64,000 nt of DNA from positions 327,333-391,332 of the forward strand of contig JADGDD010000003.1 of the NCBI GenBank assembly GCA_016745075.1, written 5' to 3'. The notes beneath the pieces are model-generated. The model did not search any database. It worked only from the letters and a program-made list of their open reading frames with translations, and had not been told where the DNA came from. Source of the DNA: Planctomycetota bacterium. Its GTDB lineage: Bacteria; Planctomycetota; UBA11346. Positions 50,182 through 59,651 of this stretch are shown here, one piece after another; position 1 is the stretch's first letter, and each line of letters starts with the position of its first letter. The translations under genes and the position numbers were made by a program.

Positions 50182-51462
50182 TTATGAAAAGAGCAGGCCG
50201 TTGGCATCTAGCATTTCATCGACGAGTGGTTTAATAATATCAAAGTCGCCACAGAGTGGATTGTTTAATAGGGCGTGGTAACAGAGATTTTTACTTTTTT
50301 GTACAGCAGCTTCAACGGTGAGCGTTTCATATGCTTTAACTGATTGTACAAGGCCGCGATAGGCCAGTGGTATTTCATCCTGTTGGTAGACTGGTGTTGC
50401 CCCATTTTTCCCTATAGAACAGAGTACCTCAACAACGGCATTGTCATCAATGTCTTTTACCGCACCATTGTTTTGAACGCTGCAAATAAGTTTTTCTCCA
50501 CTATCATTGTAAATGCTTTCAAGAGTAGTGAAGGTCACATTTGAATAGCCGCCACCACCACGTTTTTTAAGTGAATGTGGTTTTTCACATACATTAGGAT
50601 CAGCAACTTCGGAGAAAAGTTCTCGTTGGTTGTGCATGACTTGACGTGAGCGTGGCATGTCTACGTCTCTCGCCTTTTCATAAGATGCGTTTTTATGAAA
50701 AAAGTAATCAAGGTAAGAAATAGGAAAGGCATTCAGGCTTTTGATTAAAGGTCGCATAGCATCACGATCTTTAAAAAGGTCTTTGTCATCAACAAGTCGT
50801 TCGATTATTTTTGTGGTAACATCCTTTCCTTCTGATGTAATGCGATGAATAAATCCGAGATGATTGAGGCCAATTGATGAAATTTCCATATCAGGATAAT
50901 CTTTTCCATAGGCGTTGATCAATTCCATGCTGTTGAGTGGGATTCCAGAACACAGACCAATGACTTTTGCTTTTGTATGTCGGATGATTGCTTCTGTAAT
51001 AATGCCAGACGGGTTTGTGTAATTTAACATCCATGCATGTGGAGCCACACGTTCAACAGCGCGAGCAATGTTGAGCATTTCAGGAATGGTTCGTAATGCT
51101 TTGCACATGCCACCAGGGCCAGTGGTTTCTTGGCCAACAATGCCATATTTTAAAGGAATAGTTTCATCTAGATAACGCCCCTGTAATCCACCAACACGAA
51201 TTTGACAAATAACAAAATCAGTTCCTGTTAAAGCGTCATCCAATTCAGTGTATTGTTCAATAGCAATATCTCGTCCAGACTCTGCAACCATGCGTTTGGC
51301 CAGATTGACCATAGCGTTTAAACGTTCTGGATGGATGTCCTGCATGGTAATGCGACCAACAGGTAAGCGTTGTGGATCATAGCTAATAATTCCTTCAATT
51401 AATTCTGGCGTATAATTGCTGCCGCCGCCAATGAGGGCTATGGAGATTGTACTGCTGCTCAT
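50182..51462 (-). CDS. GH4 NAD-dependent 6-phospho-beta-glucosidase-like enzyme
   Basis: IGGGSNYTPELIEG, QIRVGG, GQETTGPGG, NYTNP, GLC, GLNH, RGGGGYS. Confidence 0.92.
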   Translation of the reverse strand: MSSSTISIALIGGGSNYTPELIEGIISYDPQRLPVGRITMQDIHPERLNAMVNLAKRMVAESGRDIAIEQYTELDDALTGTDFVICQIRVGGLQGRYLDETIPLKYGIVGQETTGPGGMCKALRTIPEMLNIARAVERVAPHAWMLNYTNPSGIITEAIIRHTKAKVIGLCSGIPLNSMELINAYGKDYPDMEISSIGLNHLGFIHRITSEGKDVTTKIIERLVDDKDLFKDRDAMRPLIKSLNAFPISYLDYFFHKNASYEKARDVDMPRSRQVMHNQRELFSEVADPNVCEKPHSLKKRGGGGYSNVTFTTLESIYNDSGEKLICSVQNNGAVKDIDDNAVVEVLCSIGKNGATPVYQQDEIPLAYRGLVQSVKAYETLTVEAAVQKSKNLCYHALLNNPLCGDFDIIKPLVDEMLDANGLLFS

Positions 51463-51558
51463 GAGAAGATTCCTTGAGTAGTGGTGAATGTGTGTTGTCT
51501 GGTTTGATGAATGACATGAGTAGAACCATGTTTTTCCAGTGACGGAGCATTATGGATT

Positions 51559-52500
51559 TTAACCTTTTTCTAGGCATGCTTGATAAATGGGAAGGGGGTT
51601 GTGGTGCGCAAAAGATGCAGCCAAAATACATGCACCAATTTGTGGTGAACAGATTGGTGTGTTTATGGTAAGGTCTGTGAGGTGGTCATGGAGATGTTCG
51701 TGGAGATATTCCATAAATGTAGTGCTGTAGCCTTTGAAGACGCCACCACCAAGTGTGAGCATATGTGGTCCTGTGCCCATGCGAACTGCCATAGCATAGG
51801 CAGTCAGACAATATTCTCGAACTTGTCGCTGAACAAGAATATCTGCGGCGGCATCCTTTTGTTGCCAAGCATCCATTATTAAAGGAACAGTACTGACTAT
51901 TTTTTTGTTTGAAAGAGTGCCACGGTAACATGCTTCTGCATATTCTTGTTCTGTGCATGCGTAGTGCTGAAGAGCAGCATCGACTAAAGGTGTACGTTGA
52001 TGTCGACCTTCTATCATACGAGCAACAAGCCGTTGTAAGTCATAACGTATATCGGCGATTTGACCAACGCCGAGGCAGTCATAAATAACTTCGTTGCCAA
52101 TACTTGTACGCCACGCGGTTGTTGAGCCAGAACCATGTTGAATAATCATTGAGCGTGGCTCCATGCTGGCTCCAGCAAGAGCAATAATACCATCATTTAC
52201 TAAGCGTATTTTATGAGGTGCTATAGTGAGCGCCTGAGATACGGCCTGTAGTTGTACTGGTAATTCATCAACAAAATCAATGCCATTTAAGCCAAGGCAT
52301 GCCGCTTGTATTTGATCTGGGGTGACTCCAGCTTGGCGATATATTTCTTCTGCAAATGTTTTAAGGAAAGTGCGGGTCTCTTTATCTGGACTACCAACAA
52401 AAAAACAGGCACCAGCTGTATGGCGAGCATGTATTGTGCCCGTCTCGTCTATGAGTATTCCAGCGGTCTTACTGCCTCCTCCATCTATTCCTATAAGCAT
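51559..52500 (-). CDS. BadF/BadG/BcrA/BcrD-type (N-acetylglucosamine kinase-like) sugar kinase
   Basis: IGIDGGGSKT, GLNGID, VNDG, GSGS, LGGGVF. Confidence 0.85.
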   Translation of the reverse strand: MLIGIDGGGSKTAGILIDETGTIHARHTAGACFFVGSPDKETRTFLKTFAEEIYRQAGVTPDQIQAACLGLNGIDFVDELPVQLQAVSQALTIAPHKIRLVNDGIIALAGASMEPRSMIIQHGSGSTTAWRTSIGNEVIYDCLGVGQIADIRYDLQRLVARMIEGRHQRTPLVDAALQHYACTEQEYAEACYRGTLSNKKIVSTVPLIMDAWQQKDAAADILVQRQVREYCLTAYAMAVRMGTGPHMLTLGGGVFKGYSTTFMEYLHEHLHDHLTDLTINTPICSPQIGACILAASFAHHNPLPIYQACLEKG

Positions 52501-52583
52501 AGTGTGTTCCCCTGGAGATGCATTATATGCTCTCTAATCTTGGTATACTTGCATATATTGATCAATTTATATCATTTTATGTC

Positions 52584-53396
52584 ATGAGAGAGATGCAGCA
52601 GCCTATTGGAAACCCTCGTAGTATTGGTACCGTTGGTTTAGCGCAGGGTGTTGGTTTAATGCAAGGGCTCCATCTACACGATGAAATTGAATGTAATTTT
52701 GTCTGTTCGGGTACGGCTCGCTACCTTGTGGCGGGGCATACTTATGAGATTAAAAAGGGTGCTATGATATGGTTGTTTCCTGAGCAAGAGCATACTTTAT
52801 TAGATTTTTCTACGGATTTTAGCATGTGGGTGCTCTTGTTTCGTAAAACTGTTTTTGAGAAGCTTCAACTTTCTGATAATAACCGTCATCAATTGCAAGC
52901 ATCGCATCATGATGGTCAATATTGTAAATATCTCAATAGTCAGGCATCACACCTCTTATCAAAAGATTTGGAAGAAGTTGCAACGTTAAGTGAAGATGAC
53001 CTTGATATGAATAAGGTGACCATGCCGTATCTCCTGCTGCGTAGCTGGGATCTTTTTCAGGAAGCTGAATATATACCAAATAATAACCTAGTACATCCGT
53101 CTATAGAAAAGACAGCACGCATATTACAAGACAGAGATTATGATTTACCTGAACTGGCTGCGCAGGTTGGTTTTTCTCCGAGTCATCTCAGCCGATTATT
53201 TAAACAGCAAACAGGAATTAGTTTTTCTCATTTTCGGAATCAACGTCGTCTTGAACGGTTTTTCTGCCTATATGGATCAGGGCAATCTGTGACAGCGCTG
53301 CAAGCATGTTTAGAGGCAGGTTTTGGCAGTTATGCGCAATTTAATCGTGTGTGTAAACAAATAACGGGAGGTTGTTTACGTGACACCAACAGATAA
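52584..53396 (+). CDS. AraC family transcriptional regulator
   Basis: HLHDEIE cupin; SPSHLSRLFKQQTG...AGFGSYAQFNR. Confidence 0.92.
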   Translation: MREMQQPIGNPRSIGTVGLAQGVGLMQGLHLHDEIECNFVCSGTARYLVAGHTYEIKKGAMIWLFPEQEHTLLDFSTDFSMWVLLFRKTVFEKLQLSDNNRHQLQASHHDGQYCKYLNSQASHLLSKDLEEVATLSEDDLDMNKVTMPYLLLRSWDLFQEAEYIPNNNLVHPSIEKTARILQDRDYDLPELAAQVGFSPSHLSRLFKQQTGISFSHFRNQRRLERFFCLYGSGQSVTALQACLEAGFGSYAQFNRVCKQITGGCLRDTNR

Positions 53397-53431
53397 TATG
53401 TGCCTAAGATATTAGGCTGAGTGTTGTAAAC

Positions 53432-53459
53432 AAAACGGTGGGGGTCTGACCGTTTTTTG
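53432..53459 (+). terminator. rho-independent terminator
   Basis: AAAACGGT-GGGGGTCTG-ACCGTTTT followed by Ts. Confidence 0.6.
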
Positions 53460-53529
53460 TATCTTGTTGGGCGCATTCTCGTATCATATTGTTCTTGGTA
53501 TGACTAGTGCCAAGAACTATTGTAGAAGC

Positions 53530-54801
53530 ATGTATAGAGCCCTCTTCCTTTCCTTATTACTCATGTCGGCATTCGCAGCGGAGACGCTTTCATCTAGCGC
53601 TGCCAAGAAAATCGTCAAACAATATGTTGCCTCTGATAATCCAGTTGCATTTCTTACTGATCTTGTTGGCAAGGACTTGCTCAAAAAACCCCGTGATGCT
53701 GAACGCCTCGTGCCCGTTATTCTTAAGGCGCTTGCTCAACCGCTTAAGCCGACTTCACAGGATCTCACCAAAAACCTGGATGAGAAGCGAAAGAAAGTGC
53801 AAGGGATGATGGGCATTAAATCCGCACCAGTTGCCATGGTGGAAACAACAGTTGGCCCCATGCGTGCAATTTGTACGGGAAAGCCTTCCGCCCGCGCTCC
53901 GCTCTTGGTGTACCTGCATGGTGGTGGTCATGGTGGAACAAAACATCCTGGCCATCTTGATAATGAAATGGCATGGGGGTGGGGTTTTCACCGAAGCCGA
54001 ATGATTACCTCAACTTCTGCTGCTTGTATCCCGCGCTGCATTAGTGATACCGCTCTTAATGCTTGGATACTAGATACGGATATTGAGGCGTTGAGCCAAA
54101 CACTTGATGCGTATCTTCGCTCATTTCCAGTTGACGGAAACCGTATTTATTTGATGGGTACTTCGATGGGCGGCTATGGCGTTTGGAAAGCAGGCGCGAT
54201 TGAGGCGGATCGCTTTGCCGCTATAGCAAGTCTTGCTGCTGGCTGCGCTGAGAAAAAAAAGACGGCGCTCGAAAATCTTGCCTCAACCTCATTTGGTGTA
54301 TTTATTGGCAGTAAGGACCGCAAACGTTTAAAGGAAGCGGAACGGGGGAAAGCCGTACTTGAATCGTTAGGTATTACACCCCAGTGGACGGTTTATGAAG
54401 GAAGCGGGCATGCCCTACCTGATACCGCTTATGGCGATGTCGATGCATTTTTTCGCACACATAAGCGAGACCCTTATCCAGCGCAATTACGTTGGCATCC
54501 ACAAGTCAGCTGGAAAAAACGTTTCTATCATCTTCGTATTGATAAGCCGCAAGCTGGTATGTCTGTGAACTGTGATTGTTCCGCAAATGCCATTAACATT
54601 ACTAGTGACAAAGTGAATGCTCTTAGCATTTACCTTAACGATACCCTCGTCAATGTGGATGAGATCGTTACTGTAACGTGGAACGGAACTGATGTGTATA
54701 AGGATATACCAGGGCGACATCTTGGCGTTTTACTTGAAAGTCTTCAGGAGCGTTCCGATGCAAGTCAATACTATACGGCCCGTATTGACTTGAAGAACTA
54801 G
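53530..54801 (+). CDS. secreted alpha/beta hydrolase (esterase/peptidase-like)
   Basis: signal peptide; PLLVYLHGGG, RIYLMGTSMGGYG (GxSxG), GSKD, GSGH. Confidence 0.8.
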   Translation: MYRALFLSLLLMSAFAAETLSSSAAKKIVKQYVASDNPVAFLTDLVGKDLLKKPRDAERLVPVILKALAQPLKPTSQDLTKNLDEKRKKVQGMMGIKSAPVAMVETTVGPMRAICTGKPSARAPLLVYLHGGGHGGTKHPGHLDNEMAWGWGFHRSRMITSTSAACIPRCISDTALNAWILDTDIEALSQTLDAYLRSFPVDGNRIYLMGTSMGGYGVWKAGAIEADRFAAIASLAAGCAEKKKTALENLASTSFGVFIGSKDRKRLKEAERGKAVLESLGITPQWTVYEGSGHALPDTAYGDVDAFFRTHKRDPYPAQLRWHPQVSWKKRFYHLRIDKPQAGMSVNCDCSANAINITSDKVNALSIYLNDTLVNVDEIVTVTWNGTDVYKDIPGRHLGVLLESLQERSDASQYYTARIDLKN

Positions 54802-54906
54802 CCTATGTCTCAGTTACGATAGTGCTGACGATAGTGGCTTGTACTCAAATCAAATATTTTCCGAAAATGAACCTGTGCCCTTAAGGCACCCTGGCTCTGT
54901 ATTTTG

Positions 54907-55758
54907 TTACAGATAAAATGCAGCCAATGATTGCGCTTGAGAAAAATATGAATCACCGAAAGTGTTGAGGTGGTTTAAAATATGATAGAGTTGGTAGAGT
55001 GGTTTACGCTCTGAATAGTGTGGATCAAGTGGATAGGCTTCTGCATAAGCATTATAAAATGCTGGAGCAAAGCCGCCAAATAATTCAGTCATGGCGAGGT
55101 CGGCTTCACGATGGCCGTAATAAGCAGCAGGGTCAATAAATACGGGTGTGGATGGTGTTGCACAGAATACATTGCCGTTCCAAAGATCGCCGTGTAAAAA
55201 AGAATGTTGCGTTCCAGCGGGAAGGAGATTGGTGATAGTGGCAATAATATGTTCAACAGAAGAAATAAGCGAACGGTCTGCGTAACCTCGTTCGATGGCG
55301 AGGTCTAATTGATAGCGCAGGCGATGTTCAGCAAAAAAATCAGGCCAAGAATGATGAAACGTATTTATTTGCGGCGTATGGCCAATGAAATTATAATGGT
55401 CCCAACCACATCGGTCATTCGTGTTGCGATGGAGTTGGGCAAGCTGTTGTCCTGCTGCTGTCCAGAAATCAGTAGTGGTTGCCCCCGGAGGCAAGTATTC
55501 TAATAGAAGAAAAGCTTCGTCTGTGCCATCAGCTACGGCCAGGACTTGAGGAACCTTTACAGGCATTTTATTCAGAGCGTATGCCTCGCATTGAAATGCT
55601 CGTGCATCTGTACCACGTTTAATAAAAACCTGTTGGCCATTTTCTAAAGTAGCGTGGAAAGCCTCATTAATGCAGCCGCCTGAACAGGGTGTTTTCTTGG
55701 CAATGGGTGCGCCGCATGTTTGCATACAAGCATCGCGTATTGTAGCAGTTTTAATCAT
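54907..55758 (-). CDS. fructosamine kinase family protein
   Basis: SGGCIN, NFIGHTPQIN, LHGDLWNGN, IDPAAYYGHREADLAMTELFGGF, LYQLYHILNHLN.FG. Confidence 0.93.
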   Translation of the reverse strand: MIKTATIRDACMQTCGAPIAKKTPCSGGCINEAFHATLENGQQVFIKRGTDARAFQCEAYALNKMPVKVPQVLAVADGTDEAFLLLEYLPPGATTTDFWTAAGQQLAQLHRNTNDRCGWDHYNFIGHTPQINTFHHSWPDFFAEHRLRYQLDLAIERGYADRSLISSVEHIIATITNLLPAGTQHSFLHGDLWNGNVFCATPSTPVFIDPAAYYGHREADLAMTELFGGFAPAFYNAYAEAYPLDPHYSERKPLYQLYHILNHLNTFGDSYFSQAQSLAAFYL

Positions 55759-57742
55759 CGTCTGCGGTGGTGACTGGGATGACTAAACGAAAACCAATAT
55801 GTTCTTGAGCAACGCTTGGGTTTTCAAAACGTTTAGAAGCACTTCGGCACTGCGTGGGTGGTTCCATCCATGAACCGCCACGGACAATTTGTTGGTCTTC
55901 TGAGCCATAATCACTGGTACACCATTCGGCAAGGTTGCTATTCATGTCATACAGTTTCCAATTATTGCTATTACGTAGACGAGATTGGGCATGTCCTAGT
56001 TCTGTTTCTGCTGTGGTGTCTAAAAATTCGTATACAGCATCAAGCGGGTCTTGTTCGTTGCTGAGAGCCTCTTCCCAGATTGGACGCAAAAGGGTGTGGG
56101 TGGCAAATAATAAATCATGCTCTTTGAGCGGGTAAGGGGTGCTGGTGTCAGCGCGGCAGGCATATTCCCATTCTGCTTCGGTGGGGAGGCGTGCGTGTAG
56201 TTTTGGATAGAGTGTATTTAATTGTGCTAAGAATCTTTGAATATCATCATAGCTTACTCCAGAAATGGGATCGTGGGCAGAGAGTGATTCAATATTAGTA
56301 CCCATGACCATATTCCATAATTGAGTACTGCATTCAGCGTCAGCCATCCAAAAATCGGAACGAATAGGGATGGATATTTGAGATTCATGTTCGGTTCGAT
56401 GTTCTTCGGTGCTTGGACTACCGATTAACGTTTGTCCATTTTTCGGTTTGTGAATATAAACAAAATGTTCATCAGTGCTTGCGAGATAGGCCCAGTGCTG
56501 GGTACCATCGGTTGTGTGTTGTTCTTTGGCCCATTCCGGTTCATAGCGAGAATTATCGACCGTTAGCAGTTGTGGTATAACAACAGTGAACCAAATGCCG
56601 AGTATGATAAACATTGCCAGCATAACCATGCGTTTATCAATATGTATACGTGGCCGTGACATGGGTCGTGCGGTATTGTGTGCTGATTGAATGGTTGGAG
56701 AATTATTTTGGATAGCAGGTTTAATGCCTGTAATGGTACCTCTGCCACCGCTTGCATGGAGCAGTGGTTTGCCGCTGAGGGCAGCATTAATATCCTGTAG
56801 AAAATCGGCCACACAGCGGTAGCGCTGTTCTCGATCTTTTTCTAACGTTTTTTTGATAATAGCTACAACAGGCTCAGAGAGAGAGGTGTTCAGTGCGCGC
56901 GGATCTTGTAGTGGGTCAGAAAGGATTTTATGGGTAATAGCATAAACCGTTTCACCAGAGAAAGGTTCTTGGCCAGTCAACATCTTATAGAACATCGCAC
57001 CAAGAGCATAAATATCGGTGCGAATATCAACATCAGTTTGACCGCTAATATGTTCAGGAGACATGTAAGCAGGCGTTCCCATCGCCATGCCGGTCATGGT
57101 CATCCGATCATCTCCGGCAGCATCGCGGGCAAGCCCAAGATCACCAATGTGGGCATGGCCCTGCTCATCTAGGAAAATATTGCCCGGTTTAATATCTCGG
57201 TGAACGAGCCCAGCCTGTTCAATGGCTTCAAGACCATGTGCGCAGTCTTGTAAAAGGGTTAGCGCTTTATGCTCACTAAGGATCTGTTTTGCGTTTAACA
57301 GGTCGGAGAGATCGCCACCAGTTACTAGTTCAAAGGCCATATAGAGGAGGCCGTTGTGTTCATTTGCATCGTAAATTTGAATAATATTTGGATGAGAAAG
57401 GCTACCGGCAACTTTTGCTTCCCGCAAGAAACGGGCAATAAAGTCAGGATCAGTACACATTTCTCGCTTCAAGACCTTGATAGCCACTTCACGGTTAAGA
57501 GGCGGGGCTTGGGTTGCCTTATACACAACTCCCATGCCGCCTTCACCGAGAATAGCAGTAATATTATAGCCCGGAATGTTGGGGGGCTCGGTTGATGCAG
57601 TCGCTTGTTGGCTGATGCGCTGCGGGTCTACATGGCCAAGATCAATAGTGACAGCAGTAGACGGGTTTGATATGTCAGTGCGAACGGTAGGAGCAGTGTC
57701 CAGAGAAGGTGGAGGCAGTGGAATAGTTTCGTCATCGTCCAT
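55751..57742 (-). CDS. Ser/Thr protein kinase with TM segment and C-terminal FGE-sulfatase (SUMF1-like) domain
   Basis: LGEGGMGVVY, VAIK, HRDIKPGN, DLGLA, GTPAYMSPE; RLPTEAEWEYACR, NLAEW, RGGSW, IGFR. Confidence 0.92.
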   Translation of the reverse strand: MDDDETIPLPPPSLDTAPTVRTDISNPSTAVTIDLGHVDPQRISQQATASTEPPNIPGYNITAILGEGGMGVVYKATQAPPLNREVAIKVLKREMCTDPDFIARFLREAKVAGSLSHPNIIQIYDANEHNGLLYMAFELVTGGDLSDLLNAKQILSEHKALTLLQDCAHGLEAIEQAGLVHRDIKPGNIFLDEQGHAHIGDLGLARDAAGDDRMTMTGMAMGTPAYMSPEHISGQTDVDIRTDIYALGAMFYKMLTGQEPFSGETVYAITHKILSDPLQDPRALNTSLSEPVVAIIKKTLEKDREQRYRCVADFLQDINAALSGKPLLHASGGRGTITGIKPAIQNNSPTIQSAHNTARPMSRPRIHIDKRMVMLAMFIILGIWFTVVIPQLLTVDNSRYEPEWAKEQHTTDGTQHWAYLASTDEHFVYIHKPKNGQTLIGSPSTEEHRTEHESQISIPIRSDFWMADAECSTQLWNMVMGTNIESLSAHDPISGVSYDDIQRFLAQLNTLYPKLHARLPTEAEWEYACRADTSTPYPLKEHDLLFATHTLLRPIWEEALSNEQDPLDAVYEFLDTTAETELGHAQSRLRNSNNWKLYDMNSNLAEWCTSDYGSEDQQIVRGGSWMEPPTQCRSASKRFENPSVAQEHIGFRLVIPVTTADDD

Positions 57743-57821
57743 GCAGAAGTATGTGCAATAATCAAGCCCGAGACAAGCACGGGCTTGAAAAAGTAACAAA
57801 AGAAACGATACTCCAAATCTT

Positions 57822-58520
57822 ATGAGTGTATCTGATGATAATAACAGCTCCAGCCCTGACGACTCTTCTGAGTATGAGCCTCCCCTTGATGGTACGTCAA
57901 ACGATGCGTCTGAGCATGCCGATGGATCTCAAGGGACCGAGAAAGAGCAACGGAAGTTCATAGAACAACTCTTTGAACAAGTTATTCGTCCGCAGCTAGA
58001 AGGTATTGCTGAAAAAATTGCTGATTTACAAGAAAAGAAACGAACATCATATGATGATGTCGGTAGCAATTTTACGCCGCCAAGTGAATTTAGTATGGAT
58101 GGTGGAGAATCTGAAATTAGCGATGATGAACACCGTGAAATGATGAACAATTTAATGAGCGCTTTTGGCGGTGCTGATGGTGAAATAGACCTCAATAATT
58201 TGCCATTTTCAATAGATGATTTAGAAATGAATATTCCTACAGATGTTTCAGAGCTGCAAGGAGAAGCACTCGTTTTTGGTGCCTTGGATCAAGAAGGTGC
58301 TAAAGCTGCGGAACATATCATGGGGCAATTACAAAAACACACTGCCGAAGGTTTATCAGTAGATTATGTTTTGAAAGAAATGTGTGATGTTGATATTAAA
58401 AACATTGGTGAACAAGAAGTCGGCAACATGAAGGTGAACTTTATAGAGCTTGGTCTTGGTGATGAAGATACCCCAGAAACATTATCATCAGACGATTTGC
58501 AAAAAATGTTTGATCGCTAA
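57822..58520 (+). CDS. acidic hypothetical protein
   Basis: 232-aa ORF, strongly D/E/S-rich, fills the gap between neighbouring genes. Confidence 0.6.
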   Translation: MSVSDDNNSSSPDDSSEYEPPLDGTSNDASEHADGSQGTEKEQRKFIEQLFEQVIRPQLEGIAEKIADLQEKKRTSYDDVGSNFTPPSEFSMDGGESEISDDEHREMMNNLMSAFGGADGEIDLNNLPFSIDDLEMNIPTDVSELQGEALVFGALDQEGAKAAEHIMGQLQKHTAEGLSVDYVLKEMCDVDIKNIGEQEVGNMKVNFIELGLGDEDTPETLSSDDLQKMFDR

Positions 58521-58573
58521 AGAGTGTAACGGCGACTATCAAACAATAGTAGAATACCCCCAAGGAGTGTGTT

Positions 58574-59560
58574 ATGCGTTTTTCTTTACAGATAGTGATG
58601 GCCTTTTTATGTATGCAGAGTGTTGCCGCTCTAGAGATTGGTGATATCGCACCAGCTATCCCCAACCTCAACGTGGTTAAAGGCACGCCAGCAGCAGAAG
58701 ATTCTGGTAAGTGGCGTGTGGTAGAGTTTTGGGCGACATGGTGTGGACCTTGTGTGCAAAATATTCCGCATTTAACAGAGTTACAATCAGAATATGCAGA
58801 ATACATACACATCACTGGTATAAGTGATGAAGACAAAACTACTGTGGTTCCCTTTGTTGAGAAGCAGGGTGATCGTATGAATTATTGTGTGGTTTATACC
58901 GATCGGGCAAATTATGCAGAGACTTACGGCCCTCTATTTCAAGGTATTCCACATGCTTTTCTTATCAGTCCTGATGGTGAATTCTTATGGCATGGTCATC
59001 CTGGAGAAATGGATGTTATTTTGAAGCAAGCCATTGCAGGTACTTACGATATTGAAGCCGCTAAACGTAAAGCAGAAGCACAGAAGCAATCAGCAGGTCT
59101 TGAAGAAGCTCTGCAAAAGAGCTTTCAAACAAATGATTTAGAAAAAATTAGCAAAGCGGCAGATGCGCTTCTAGCAATTGTACCAGTGCATGAGCAAGGA
59201 ATGAATGTTAAGAAAATAATTGCCCAACAAAAAAATGATCCAAGCATTTGGCGTAAGACCTTAGAGCATATAGAAATAGAAAACCTCAGTGGTGAAGAAT
59301 TAAATAGCGTGGCGTGGTTGCTGGTAACTGAAGAACATCTCTTATATCGCAACGTTGACCTTGCTGTGCACTTTGCCGAAATTGCAGTTGAAAAATCACC
59401 CGATAATAGTGCCTTGTTAGATACCCTTGCCCGTGCCTATTATGTTGCGGGAAAAATAGACCAAGCGATAAGCACCCAAGAACGAGCGGCGAAGCTAGAA
59501 GAGCACGATATGAAGTTAGAAGCAATATTGAACTATTACAAAGAATTAAAGAATTTATAG
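58574..59560 (+). CDS. TlpA-family thioredoxin with C-terminal TPR region
   Basis: signal peptide; VEFWATWCGPC, GIPHAFLI, W.GHP; LNSVAW..LDTLARAYY TPR. Confidence 0.9.
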   Translation: MRFSLQIVMAFLCMQSVAALEIGDIAPAIPNLNVVKGTPAAEDSGKWRVVEFWATWCGPCVQNIPHLTELQSEYAEYIHITGISDEDKTTVVPFVEKQGDRMNYCVVYTDRANYAETYGPLFQGIPHAFLISPDGEFLWHGHPGEMDVILKQAIAGTYDIEAAKRKAEAQKQSAGLEEALQKSFQTNDLEKISKAADALLAIVPVHEQGMNVKKIIAQQKNDPSIWRKTLEHIEIENLSGEELNSVAWLLVTEEHLLYRNVDLAVHFAEIAVEKSPDNSALLDTLARAYYVAGKIDQAISTQERAAKLEEHDMKLEAILNYYKELKNL

Positions 59561-59651
59561 AGCGCTTTTTGCCTGAGCATGGATGATCTTCCATGCTGTT
59601 CTTTTTTTACAAAATACCTCTTGCGGACCTTGATGTCTATAATATATACTC

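Noticed and set aside
55751-56500. FGE domain as maturase for the nearby sulfatase
   Set aside because: It is fused to a membrane kinase and lacks the catalytic Cys pair after RGGS (RGGSWMEPPTQC); probably a non-catalytic sensor domain
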